Assembly (NCBI GenBank): GCA_947313825.1
Contig: CAMZNJ010000055.1
Location: forward strand, 480-64,479
Reading direction: 5' to 3'
DNA from: an uncultured Deferribacteraceae bacterium
GTDB lineage: Bacteria; Chrysiogenota; Deferribacteres; CAMZNJ01
DNA length: 64,000 bases
Positions within the stretch are counted from its first letter, which is position 1; every line of letters begins with the position of its first letter. The notes under the pieces are model-generated. The model made no database searches, was not told the origin of the DNA, and saw only the letters and a program-made list of their open reading frames with translations. The translations under genes and the position numbers were made by a program. Of this stretch, positions 18,655-28,059 are shown piece after piece.

Positions 18655-19587
18655 ATGATTACAACGCGGAAAGATACATCTATTCTCAGAAACCTAGGCA
18701 TACCCACCACTCCCATTACGTTTACAAAAATGAGTGGTAGTGGTAACGACTTTATTTTTATAAACCTTGTTGCCCACCCCATTGCTGATGAGTTCCGTAG
18801 TGAGATTGCCGTACTGTTGGCGGAGCGACGCATGTCTGTTGGTGCCGACGGTGTCATATTTTTGGAGCCACTGGACACCTCCAAAGGTGAGTTCAAGTGG
18901 TACTTTTACAACAACGACGGAAGTGTTGCCGAAATGTGTGGTAACGGTAGCCGTTGTGCTTTCGCATACGCAAGGGCACAGGGGTGGCTCAACGACGACG
19001 GAACGGGCACATTACACACCATTGCAGGGCTGATTCAGGGGCAGGCGTTCGACGAAAGGAACGTGCGTATTCGCATGGTTGAGTATCGCGACTACAACGA
19101 CAACGTTACCCTCCATGCCGAAGGTGCTGTTTTCGTTGGTGCAACGGTGGACACAGGTGTGCCCCATGTTGTTGTGCAGGTGGATGACGTGGACAACTTC
19201 GACGTACACACGTACGGTGCTGGCATACGGAACCACCCCCTCCTTGCACCACGAGGCTCCAACGTGAACTTCATGGAACGTGTGGACAACATCCATGGTG
19301 CAACTAGTGCCGGTGGGGGGAGCCTCTACCGTGTCCGCACGTTTGAACGTGGCGTTGAAGCCGAAACACTAGCATGCGGCACAGGGTTTTCCGCCGTGGG
19401 GGTACACCTCGTACTGTCAGGGCGATGCACCTCACCTGTTGCAATCAAAACATCCTGTGGCGACATCGTATGGGTTGCCGTGGAGCCCATGGACAATAAC
19501 CACAAAAACAACACAGGGGCAAAATACAACATCTACCTCAGGGGCGACGTGGACTTCATCTACGACGCAACGCTAAGGCTAACATAA
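18655..19587 (+). CDS. dapF: Diaminopimelate epimerase
   Basis: FTKMSGSGNDF, EMCGNG, GVPH, ERGVEAETLACGTG. Confidence 0.95.
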   Translation: MITTRKDTSILRNLGIPTTPITFTKMSGSGNDFIFINLVAHPIADEFRSEIAVLLAERRMSVGADGVIFLEPLDTSKGEFKWYFYNNDGSVAEMCGNGSRCAFAYARAQGWLNDDGTGTLHTIAGLIQGQAFDERNVRIRMVEYRDYNDNVTLHAEGAVFVGATVDTGVPHVVVQVDDVDNFDVHTYGAGIRNHPLLAPRGSNVNFMERVDNIHGATSAGGGSLYRVRTFERGVEAETLACGTGFSAVGVHLVLSGRCTSPVAIKTSCGDIVWVAVEPMDNNHKNNTGAKYNIYLRGDVDFIYDATLRLT

Positions 19588-19624
19588 CACAACGAACACA
19601 GCAACGAACACAGCAACGAACACA
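19588..19624. repeat. Short tandem repeat (caacgaacacag, about 3 copies) right after the dapF stop
   Basis: Direct reading. Confidence 0.85.
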
Positions 19625-19666
19625 ACCGCAATCATGCACAACAACCATACACAAAGGGGCAGACTC

Positions 19667-20575
19667 ATGAACAACAAACACCTACTACAAGGGTGCATAC
19701 CCGCAATGGTTACACCATTCCAAACATCACCTGCAGGGAACTCCACCGTGGACTACAAATCCCTCACAAAACTCACCGAACACCTAATCAACGGCAACGT
19801 CGGCGGAATATGCCTACTCGGAACAACAGGGGAAAGTGTTACAATAAACTCTGGCGAACGTACAAAAATAATCCAACACGTCGTAAACACAGTAAACGGA
19901 CGGGTGCCCATCCTCCTCGGGAGCGGATCAAACAACACTGCAACAACAATTGAGCTCACCAAAGAGGGGGCAGACCTAGGCGTCGACGCCGTAATGATCG
20001 TAACACCATACTACAACAAACCCCAAGAATCGTTCTACATCAAACACTACGAAACCCTTGCGGATACAAGCACACTCCCCGTTATAATGTACAACATCCC
20101 CAGCCGCACAGGGGTGGACATGACCACCAATGCAATAACACTCCTAGCACAACACACAAATATTATCGGTATCAAAGAGGGTGCCGACTCACTCGAAAAA
20201 ATAGCCACAATCATCAGCCAAACTGACGACTCCTTCGCTCTCTACAGTGCCAGCGACTCCACAAACCTACCCATACTCGCACTCGGAGCAACAGGGGCAA
20301 TCACCGTACTCGGCAACATCGTGCCACAAAACGTTGCCCAAATATGCCAACTCATCAGCAAAGGCAACCTACACCAAGCTCAAACAGAATACTACAAAAC
20401 CCTCGAACTCGCCAAAATCATCTTCAGAGAAAGCTCCCCAGCACCAACAAAACTCGCACTAACACTAATGGGCATCATCGAAAACGAACTCAGAGCACCA
20501 CTCTACACAGCCTCAAAAGAAACTGAACAACTAATACGCACAGAACTCAACAAACTCAACTTGCAACTAAAATAA
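19667..20575 (+). CDS. dapA: 4-hydroxy-tetrahydrodipicolinate synthase
   Basis: GTTGES, TPYYNKP, YNIPSRT, IGIKE. Confidence 0.95.
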   Translation: MNNKHLLQGCIPAMVTPFQTSPAGNSTVDYKSLTKLTEHLINGNVGGICLLGTTGESVTINSGERTKIIQHVVNTVNGRVPILLGSGSNNTATTIELTKEGADLGVDAVMIVTPYYNKPQESFYIKHYETLADTSTLPVIMYNIPSRTGVDMTTNAITLLAQHTNIIGIKEGADSLEKIATIISQTDDSFALYSASDSTNLPILALGATGAITVLGNIVPQNVAQICQLISKGNLHQAQTEYYKTLELAKIIFRESSPAPTKLALTLMGIIENELRAPLYTASKETEQLIRTELNKLNLQLK

Positions 20576-20612
20576 TACGCCAAAAATAGAACACAGGCAC
20601 AGGCAGGGGAAT

Positions 20613-21590
20613 ATGAACAACACTGTAGGCGAAAACAAAGGAGCAACCATCAACGTGGCACTAGTCGGGGCAACAGGTCGAATGGGACGAGAAATCGCAC
20701 AACTCGCAACTAGTATGCCGAATATTCGCATCGTCGAGGCGTTCGACAAACACACCTCTAAACACCTCGGAACACCACTGCAAGAACTACTCCCAAACAC
20801 ACACGAAAACCATGACAACATACCACCCACCGTTATCGTATCCTCCCTGCCAACACCCGAAACCGCTAACACATACCTGCAATCAGTGCAACCAAACAGC
20901 ATGCCCCACGTACTCGTGGACTTCACCTCACCCGAAGGCACAATGGCAAACATCAACACCTACCACGCACTAAGAATACCCGTTGTCATCGGATCCACAG
21001 GCACAAGCCAGCAACTCCATGACAAAATCGCTGAACTCAGCACCAAAATACCCGTGTTCTACTCAGCAAACATGAGCATGGGGGTGCACATCATGAAACA
21101 ACTCACAATACACCTAGCACAACTCGCAACCCTAATGCAAAATACGGGCACACACACAACTCAAAATGGGAACAATCATGACGAAAACGTAAACCCAACC
21201 TACGACTTTGAAGTGATAGAAGCACACCACAACCGAAAACAAGACGCACCCAGCGGAACAGCAGTAATGTTGGCACAAAATATTGTCGATAACTTTGGCA
21301 ACAGCAGACAGCTGTCGGATCGTGCAAAATACTCCCGCCACGGCGACAATACCAAACGCACACCTTACGAAGTTGGCGTACAATCTATTCGCGGGGGCTC
21401 AATTGTTGGCGAACACACAGTAATGTGCATCGGGAGCAACGACCGCATCGAAATTACACACCGAGCGTCGTCGCGACGTATATTTGCTGAAGGGGCACTG
21501 CAGGCGGCGGCATGGTTGGCGTTGCAACACAGAAACAACTGTCCGAACTCACTCTACACCATGGACGACCTACTCCCTGCACAGCAGTAG
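20613..21590 (+). CDS. dapB: 4-hydroxy-tetrahydrodipicolinate reductase
   Basis: GATGRMG, DFTSPE, EAHHNRKQDAPSGTA, GGSIVGEH. Confidence 0.95.
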   Translation: MNNTVGENKGATINVALVGATGRMGREIAQLATSMPNIRIVEAFDKHTSKHLGTPLQELLPNTHENHDNIPPTVIVSSLPTPETANTYLQSVQPNSMPHVLVDFTSPEGTMANINTYHALRIPVVIGSTGTSQQLHDKIAELSTKIPVFYSANMSMGVHIMKQLTIHLAQLATLMQNTGTHTTQNGNNHDENVNPTYDFEVIEAHHNRKQDAPSGTAVMLAQNIVDNFGNSRQLSDRAKYSRHGDNTKRTPYEVGVQSIRGGSIVGEHTVMCIGSNDRIEITHRASSRRIFAEGALQAAAWLALQHRNNCPNSLYTMDDLLPAQQ

Positions 21591-21877
21591 CACGCACACG
21601 CCACACGCCTGCACGGCAGTAGCACACACGCACACGCCACACGCCACACGCACACGCCTACACGCCACACGCCACACGCCACACGCCACACGCCTGCACG
21701 GCACACGCCTGCACGGCAGTAGCACGCACGCACACGCCACACGGCACACGCACACGCCTGCACGGCAGTAGCACACACGCACACGCCACACGCCACACGC
21801 CACACGCCACACGCCACACGCCACACGCCTGCACGGCAGTAGCACGCACACACACGCCACACGGCACACGCACACGC
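21591..21877. repeat. Modular CACACGC/CCTGCACGGCAGTAG array filling the dapB><antiporter gap
   Basis: Direct reading; runs from stop codon to stop codon. Confidence 0.95.
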
Positions 21878-23875
21878 CTACACGGCGAATGTTCGTGCGT
21901 AAATGCCCAGCACACGCTCAGTGGGGAGGGACGTTCCCATTACGATCCTGTCAGCCTCTTCCACAACGTTGTCGTGCTTAGGCATGGGTATGAGACTGTT
22001 CCCTCGAATGATGGCAACAATATGCACCGTTACCGCTGGTCGTTCCTCCAACAGCATCTCCCGCAAGGTTTTCCCCACTAGCATCCCGTAATGTTCTGTG
22101 TGCACGATTGCAAAGTATGAGTTGGGGAGTTCCACTTCGTACCGCTCTAGTAGGTTATCGATACTGAGCTCTAGCGTATTGTTGACGGCTTCTTTGGAGA
22201 TATGCTTATCCAGCACCCTTTTGCTAATCCTAGCTTTCGACTTTTCCGCAATCCCCTTGACGCTAAACATGTGGTAGATCATATCGTACCCCACAAGGTC
22301 GTCGGAAACAATAACATGGCTTGCCCCAACATCCAGCATCCCCTCGGCAACCCCTTTGCTTGTGGACTTTGTGATGACGTAAATATCTTCGTTCATGCTT
22401 TTCGCCGCCAAAATAATATCTTTGGTGATACCCGCATCGGGCACTGAAATACTTATTCCTAGGGCATCACATGCTCGTAAGTGTTTCAGTACCCCCTTTT
22501 TCCTTGCGTCGCCGTAGATAATCGGCTCAGTGGATCGATACCTTTTGACCGTCTCAGGGTTGGTTTCCGTGATAACATAGGTCATGCCAAACCCCTTAGC
22601 GGCACGGGCAAGCATCTGCCCCGTTGGTCCGTACCCTACGATAATAATGTGGTCGTGGAGGTGTTCGTAATCGGGGTTGTCAATGCTTTTGGCGTAAAGA
22701 CCGTGTGCCCAGATACCCTTGAGGTCGGAAAGCTCCATACGCTCCTCTATTTTTGCCGCCAACGACGCTATGAACGGTGTAACGAAAAAACCGGACAGTG
22801 CCAAAGTTACGAGGAAGCTGTGTATTGCGGGGTTTATCGGATGGTAGACGTTGGTCAAGGTCAGAATCACGAGGAAAAACTCCGACAACTGACCCATAAG
22901 CAACCCCACACGCAACGACGACGCCAACGGCAAACCTATCAAAAACGCAACAACCGCAATCACCACAAACTTCAAAAAATAAACAATGGGGAGACTAATC
23001 AACACTATGCCCACGTTGTCCACAATGAAATTAATGTCCAAAGATAAGCCGATAAATATGAAGAAAAACGCAATCATCAAATCCTTAATGGCTAGAATGT
23101 CCGCACCAGCCTCATGGGCAAAATCGGTGTCAGCCAAAACCATGCCAGCTATAAACGCACCAAAAGTGTTGGGGAGCTCCAAAGCCAACGACGCCACAAC
23201 TATCACAGCACACAACCCCAATATGGACATGATGAACATCTCAGGATCACGCTTCTTCGCAACAGTCAAAAGCAGGAACGGTATCACATACCGACCCATG
23301 AAATACACCACTACAACAAGAATAATCGCCTTCAACAAGACAAAACCCATGCCGAGCAAACCATCAGACTCGAAATAAATAGGGATGAACGACAACAAAA
23401 ATACGCTGGCAACATCCTGCATAATCAAAATACCGATGGTAGTGCGACCGAATGGCGTATGTTGCTGTTTGCTCTGCGAAATAATCTTAAACAGCATCGC
23501 CGACGAACTCAAAGCTATCCCAACGCTGATTATCCCCGCAACAACACCCGACAAACCGAAAAGCATGGTCAAAGGTAGAAATACCACCGCCGTAACAAAA
23601 ATCTGAAGCGTGCCCGCAACAAGAACCTCACGCTTTAACTTCGCAATCTCCCTGAACGAAAACTCCATGCCGATACTGAACAACAGCAGGATTATCCCTA
23701 TCTCACCCATAATCTCAATAACATGGGAATAATCCGAACCCTGACCAAGAACAAGACCAGCAATAATGCCTGTCGTAAGGTACGCCAACACTGTGGACAG
23801 ATTGAGAACCTTAAAAATAAAAACTAAAAGACCAGTCAACGCCATCAATAACGCAATATTATAAATTGTATCCAT
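21878..23875 (-). CDS. CPA2-family cation:proton antiporter with TrkA-N and TrkA-C domains (KefB/YbaL-like)
   Basis: About 12 TM segments, GILIMQD, GAFIAG, IIVGYGPTGQ, IYGDA, C-terminal RCK-C. Confidence 0.9.
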   Translation of the reverse strand: MDTIYNIALLMALTGLLVFIFKVLNLSTVLAYLTTGIIAGLVLGQGSDYSHVIEIMGEIGIILLLFSIGMEFSFREIAKLKREVLVAGTLQIFVTAVVFLPLTMLFGLSGVVAGIISVGIALSSSAMLFKIISQSKQQHTPFGRTTIGILIMQDVASVFLLSFIPIYFESDGLLGMGFVLLKAIILVVVVYFMGRYVIPFLLLTVAKKRDPEMFIMSILGLCAVIVVASLALELPNTFGAFIAGMVLADTDFAHEAGADILAIKDLMIAFFFIFIGLSLDINFIVDNVGIVLISLPIVYFLKFVVIAVVAFLIGLPLASSLRVGLLMGQLSEFFLVILTLTNVYHPINPAIHSFLVTLALSGFFVTPFIASLAAKIEERMELSDLKGIWAHGLYAKSIDNPDYEHLHDHIIIVGYGPTGQMLARAAKGFGMTYVITETNPETVKRYRSTEPIIYGDARKKGVLKHLRACDALGISISVPDAGITKDIILAAKSMNEDIYVITKSTSKGVAEGMLDVGASHVIVSDDLVGYDMIYHMFSVKGIAEKSKARISKRVLDKHISKEAVNNTLELSIDNLLERYEVELPNSYFAIVHTEHYGMLVGKTLREMLLEERPAVTVHIVAIIRGNSLIPMPKHDNVVEEADRIVMGTSLPTERVLGIYARTFAV

Positions 23876-23883
23876 AAGTAACT

Positions 23884-23912
23884 AAAATAGTACAAAGGGT
23901 ACTTTTTTGCAA
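23884..23912 (-). promoter_or_regulatory. Promoter 8 nt upstream of the antiporter ATG (leaderless candidate)
   Basis: TTGCAA-17-TATTTT-8-ATG; no SD. Confidence 0.4.
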
Positions 23913-23993
23913 CCACTTTAAACACTTTAATCACTAAAATACTACTAAACAAAAATAAATATCTCGCTAGAAGGAATATCTGTAATTTATACG

Positions 23994-24022
23994 TTGCAAC
24001 ACGCACCGTTTATGTGTATAAT
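23994..24022 (+). promoter_or_regulatory. sigma70-type promoter
   Basis: TTGCAA-17-TATAAT. Confidence 0.65.
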
Positions 24023-24141
24023 CGTTGCATGTGAGTATGGAAATACGCGAAACAAAACCACTCACATCACCCAAACCACTAACTAAAATATATCTAAGTA
24101 GCTACAAAAACAAAAACTTGAACGCTACTGGAGGAACAACA

Positions 24142-24840
24142 ATGTCATCAAGAACATCCAGAGCCGTAAAACGCCACAACAGTGCCAAAAACAAACAGCA
24201 CAACGAACACATCCCAACACCAAACACCATGGCAACTGAAGGCGAAATCATCCAAACACCAAGCAAACTCGCAACAATGGCAACAAAATACAAACTGCAA
24301 CTCATGATCGTAGCACCAATACTACTCGTGCTCATCGTACTCGCAACAACAACATACCTCAACACAAGCAACAAAAACTCAACACCTGTGGCGTACGGAC
24401 AATTCTTTGCCGCACTCGACAACTACAACCCAAATACCGGCAACTTTACTCTCAATAAAGCGTACGAAAATGCCAAAAACTCGGTGGACACGAAAACAGG
24501 CGACTACCTCACATACATCGTCGGAGTAGTCAAGTACGAAAACGCAAACTCCACACAGGAAGGGTTACAACTACTGCAAACCATCGTAACCGAACCATAC
24601 AAATCCGCAGCACAAGGGTATATTGCTGACGCAACAGGAAGCCTCGACGACGGCTACAATGGCGACTCAGCCGACAAAAACTCCCTCGAAACACTCATCC
24701 CGTCCCTATGGGATTACCGACTAATCGTAAGCAACATCACTAACATCGACCCCAAAGAGCAGATGGAATTTGTGGGCGAACACCCCGAATCAAACTTGGC
24801 TGCACTGCTCAACGTTATTGCAGCAGGGGAGATGGAGTAG
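24142..24840 (+). CDS. Single-pass membrane protein, possibly YfgM/TPR-like
   Basis: GGAGGA SD before ATG 24142; basic N-terminus, one TM (LMIVAPILLVLIVLA), helical C-terminal domain. Confidence 0.6.
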   Translation: MSSRTSRAVKRHNSAKNKQHNEHIPTPNTMATEGEIIQTPSKLATMATKYKLQLMIVAPILLVLIVLATTTYLNTSNKNSTPVAYGQFFAALDNYNPNTGNFTLNKAYENAKNSVDTKTGDYLTYIVGVVKYENANSTQEGLQLLQTIVTEPYKSAAQGYIADATGSLDDGYNGDSADKNSLETLIPSLWDYRLIVSNITNIDPKEQMEFVGEHPESNLAALLNVIAAGEME

Positions 24841-24846
24841 CCGACA

Positions 24847-25264
24847 GTGGCTGACGTGGTGGCGTGGCTGGCGTGGTGGCGTGGCTGGCGTGGTGGCGTG
24901 GCTGACGTGGTGGCGTGGCTGACGCGGTGGCGTGGCTGGCGTGATGGCGTGGCTGACGTGGTGGCGTGGCTGACGTGATGGCGTGGCTGACGTGGTGGCG
25001 TGGCTGACGTGGTGGCGTGGCTGACGTGGTGGCGTGGCTGACGCGGTGGCGTGGCTGGCGTGGTGGCGTGGCTGACGTGGTGGCGTGGCTGACGTGGTGG
25101 CGTGGTGGCGTGGCTGACGTGGTGGCGTGGCTGGCGTGGTGGCGTAGCTGACGTGATGGCGTAGCTGACGCGGTGGCGTGGCTGGCGTGGTGGCGTAGCT
25201 GACGTGATGGCGTGGCTGGCGTGGCTGACGTGGTGGCGTGGCTGGCGTGGTGGCGTGGCTGACG
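24847..25264. repeat. G/T-rich modular array (GTGGC, GTGGTGGC, TGAC, TGGC) starting 6 nt after the stop
   Basis: Direct reading, about 420 bp. Confidence 0.95.
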
Positions 25265-25290
25265 CATCGGGAATAAGAATACGAACATAC

Positions 25291-25338
25291 AAATAGGGGG
25301 GGGTATCAACAAACGTGTTGTCCATACCCCCCCTATTT
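25291..25338. terminator. Bidirectional hairpin terminator between convergent genes
   Basis: AAATAG8TAT...ATAC7TATTT inverted repeat with inner CAAC/GTTG pairing. Confidence 0.75.
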
Positions 25339-25343
25339 TACAT

Positions 25344-25543
25344 TTACAACACGGCAACACCTGTGCAACACGGCAACACCTGTGCCACACGGCAACACAT
25401 GTCCCACGCTCTCTGCATCTTACAACACGGCGACACCTGTGCAACACGGCAACACCTGTGCCACACGGGAACACATGTCCCACACGGCAACACATGTTCC
25501 ACGCTCTCTGCATCTTACAACACGGCAACACCTGTGCCACACA
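25344..25543. repeat. 19-bp (CAACACGGCAACACCTGTG) array with a higher-order unit, downstream of ackA
   Basis: Direct reading; CCACGCTCTCTGCATCTTA module occurs twice. Confidence 0.93.
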
Positions 25544-25554
25544 AGCGTGCACGC

Positions 25555-26790
25555 CTACTTAAACGAGTAGCCCAAATCCATATGACTCTTGTAGGTGCCA
25601 CGGATAACAGCCGCCGTATCCTCAATAATCACAATCTCTTCATTAGTAGGTATTACGTAAACCTTAACCTTCGATTCCGGTGCCGAAACCAATGTTTCAC
25701 CGTGTTTGCCCAGTGTGTCCATATTTTTCTTAGTATCGAGAACAATACCTAGCCCCTCGAGACCCTCAAGTGCTTTTTCGCGAAGTGGACCTGAGTTTTC
25801 GCCCACGCCAGCAGTGAATACGATGGCGTCCACACCACCTAACACGGCCATGTACGATCCGATATATTTCTTGATACGGTATGTTTCCATGTTAAACGCG
25901 AGTGCACACCTTGGATCGTCGAGGTTCCCTTCAATATCTCGCCTGTCGGAATACTGTTCGCTAATGCCTAGCACTCCCGATTCTTTGTTGAGTATGTTGA
26001 GAACTTCGTCGGCATTTTTGCCTAGTTGTTGTGATAGCAGTTGCACGACAGTTGCATCAACGTCGCCACTACGTGTGCCCATTACGAGTCCTTCCAGCGG
26101 TGAGAGTCCCATGGATGTGTCGACGCTTACGCCGTTTTTGATGGCACAGGCAGACGCACCGTTCCCGATGTGCATGGATATGATATTGCTTGCCTCGGCA
26201 GGTTTGCCCATTAGTTTGGCAGCCCGTTTTGCGACGTAAAGGTGTGATGTGCCGTGGAATCCGTATCGACGCACGGCGTAATCGCGGTAGTAGGACAGTG
26301 GTAGTGCGTACATGTATGCATGTTCGGGTAGTGTTTGGTGGAATGCGGTGTCAAACACGGCAACGTTGGGGAGTTTTGGCAGTAGTGTACGGATGGCGTT
26401 GATGCCGATGATGTTGGCGGGGTTGTGTAGGGGTGCGAGGTAGGATATTTTTTCTAGGTTGGCGATAACCTCGTCGTCAATGAGTACGCTCCCTGCGTAA
26501 GTTTCGCCACCATGGACGATGCGGTGTCCAACGGCGTTTATTTCGTCCAAGGAGGACAGTACGCCAAAATCTTTGTGTGTCAATAGTTTTAGTACGTAGT
26601 CTATTGCTTGGGCATGATCGTCGAAGGGGTGTTCCCCTTTTTCGGTATGGTTTTGTGTTTTGTGGCTGAATATGGAGCCACCGATGGCGATACGTTCTAC
26701 CAAGCCGGTTGCGAGTAGTTGGTCTGTGTCTTGGTTGTGTAGTTGGTACTTCAGCGACGAACTACCCGAGTTTAATACTAGTATAATCAT
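25555..26790 (-). CDS. ackA: Acetate kinase
   Basis: LNSGSSSLK, GHRIVHGG, YGFHGTSH, MGTRSGD, FTAGVGEN, PTNEE. Confidence 0.97.
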   Translation of the reverse strand: MIILVLNSGSSSLKYQLHNQDTDQLLATGLVERIAIGGSIFSHKTQNHTEKGEHPFDDHAQAIDYVLKLLTHKDFGVLSSLDEINAVGHRIVHGGETYAGSVLIDDEVIANLEKISYLAPLHNPANIIGINAIRTLLPKLPNVAVFDTAFHQTLPEHAYMYALPLSYYRDYAVRRYGFHGTSHLYVAKRAAKLMGKPAEASNIISMHIGNGASACAIKNGVSVDTSMGLSPLEGLVMGTRSGDVDATVVQLLSQQLGKNADEVLNILNKESGVLGISEQYSDRRDIEGNLDDPRCALAFNMETYRIKKYIGSYMAVLGGVDAIVFTAGVGENSGPLREKALEGLEGLGIVLDTKKNMDTLGKHGETLVSAPESKVKVYVIPTNEEIVIIEDTAAVIRGTYKSHMDLGYSFK

Positions 26791-26874
26791 GCTATCCCCT
26801 TGCAAGGTTGCGTTAATAAGGTTGTGTTCATTATCATTATTGTTGTGCTTACAGTCTGCCTTTACGTGTTCCCC

Positions 26875-27858
26875 CTAGAGTACCTGCACGGCAACGAGGT
26901 TTGCGATGTCCTCGGCTGTTGTTCCCCGTGAGAGGTCGTTCATGGGTTTCCGTAGCCCTTGGATGATGGGTCCAACAGCGTTTGCTCCTGCTAGCTTTTC
27001 CACTAATTTGTAGGAGATGTTCCCCGCTTCTAGGGATGGGAATATTAGGCAGTGGGCGTTACCTGCAACACTGGACATGGGTGCTTTTTGTCGTGCAATG
27101 GATGGGATGAGTGCTGCATCGGCTTGTAGTTCGCCGTCAATCTGAATATCGGGGCGACGTTCCTGCACAAGGGATACGGCATCGGCAACATTTGTGGCTA
27201 TCTCCAACACACTGCTCCCTTTGGTGGAGAACGATAGCATGGCAACGTTGGGGGTAATGCCGAGGAGTCGTTTTGCGGTATCGGATGTGGCGATGGCAAT
27301 GTCGGCTAGTTCAGAGGCTGTTGGTGTTGGGTTTACGGCACAGTCTGCAAAGAATATTACGCCGTTGTGTCCGAAGTCGGGGTTGTCGAGTTCCATGAGG
27401 AAGGTGGAGGATACTGTTTTGGTGCCTTCAGCCGCTCCAACGCCTGTGAAAGCTGCCTTGAGCACATGGGCTGTGGAGTACTGTGCTCCAACAATGCATA
27501 CGTCCACGTCATCTGTGGCAAGCATCATAGTGCCGAAGTAGAGTGGGTCTCGCAGTATTTCGACGGCATCTTCTAGGAGTATCCCTTTGTGTTTGCGTTT
27601 TTCGTAGAAGTATTCGGCGTATTTGGCACCGTCGCTATGGGTACGGGGATCCATCGCCGTGTAGTCAAAGTTGATCCAGTTGTTTTCTTTCAGGGTATCT
27701 TCAATGGCGTCCACGTCTCCTAAAATAACGGGGTGGGCAAGATCGGCACACGACACCATGTATGCTGCTTCTAGCACTCGCGTATCCCCCCCTTCCGGGA
27801 ACACAACCTTTTTCCCTGATCCTTTCGCTTTGTCCCAACATGATTCCAAAAATGACAT
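26875..27858 (-). CDS. pta: Phosphate acetyltransferase
   Basis: VFPEG, ADCAVNP, LSFSTKGS, DGELQADAA, NDLSRG. Confidence 0.96.
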   Translation of the reverse strand: MSFLESCWDKAKGSGKKVVFPEGGDTRVLEAAYMVSCADLAHPVILGDVDAIEDTLKENNWINFDYTAMDPRTHSDGAKYAEYFYEKRKHKGILLEDAVEILRDPLYFGTMMLATDDVDVCIVGAQYSTAHVLKAAFTGVGAAEGTKTVSSTFLMELDNPDFGHNGVIFFADCAVNPTPTASELADIAIATSDTAKRLLGITPNVAMLSFSTKGSSVLEIATNVADAVSLVQERRPDIQIDGELQADAALIPSIARQKAPMSSVAGNAHCLIFPSLEAGNISYKLVEKLAGANAVGPIIQGLRKPMNDLSRGTTAEDIANLVAVQVL

Positions 27859-27947
27859 ATTTTTAATGCCCCCAAATTATATTATAAATTTTAATATATT
27901 CTATTATTTCCATAAGTACACAGGGGAGCGTCGCAAAATATGGACAC

Positions 27948-27996
27948 AAAAATACCCCTTCTATCATAATAGTTTATAATAAAAGGGGTTATTTTT
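27948..27996 (-). terminator. Long hairpin terminator downstream of the NhaC-family gene
   Basis: AAAAATAACCCCTTTTATTATAA-ACTA-TTATGATAGAAGGGGTATTTTT. Confidence 0.65.
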
Positions 27997-28059
27997 ACAA
28001 CAATTAAAATACAATTAGTGTATTTTATTCAGCAGCCTTGCATCCAAAAGCACTGCCGA

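Noticed and set aside
21454..21915. Cys/Arg/Val-rich ORFs across the array (also 775-1069, 24714-25752, 31531-32122, 59229-59879)
   Set aside because: They are open only because the repeats lack stop codons; there is no SD and they overlap real genes.
24847..25264. Chi-site cluster
   Set aside because: The words resemble GCTGGTGG but I did not see the exact E. coli octamer, and Chi is unknown for this lineage.
25344..25543. Possible CRISPR array
   Set aside because: Units are contiguous and degenerate with no unique spacers, and no cas genes are present. The same applies to the other arrays.
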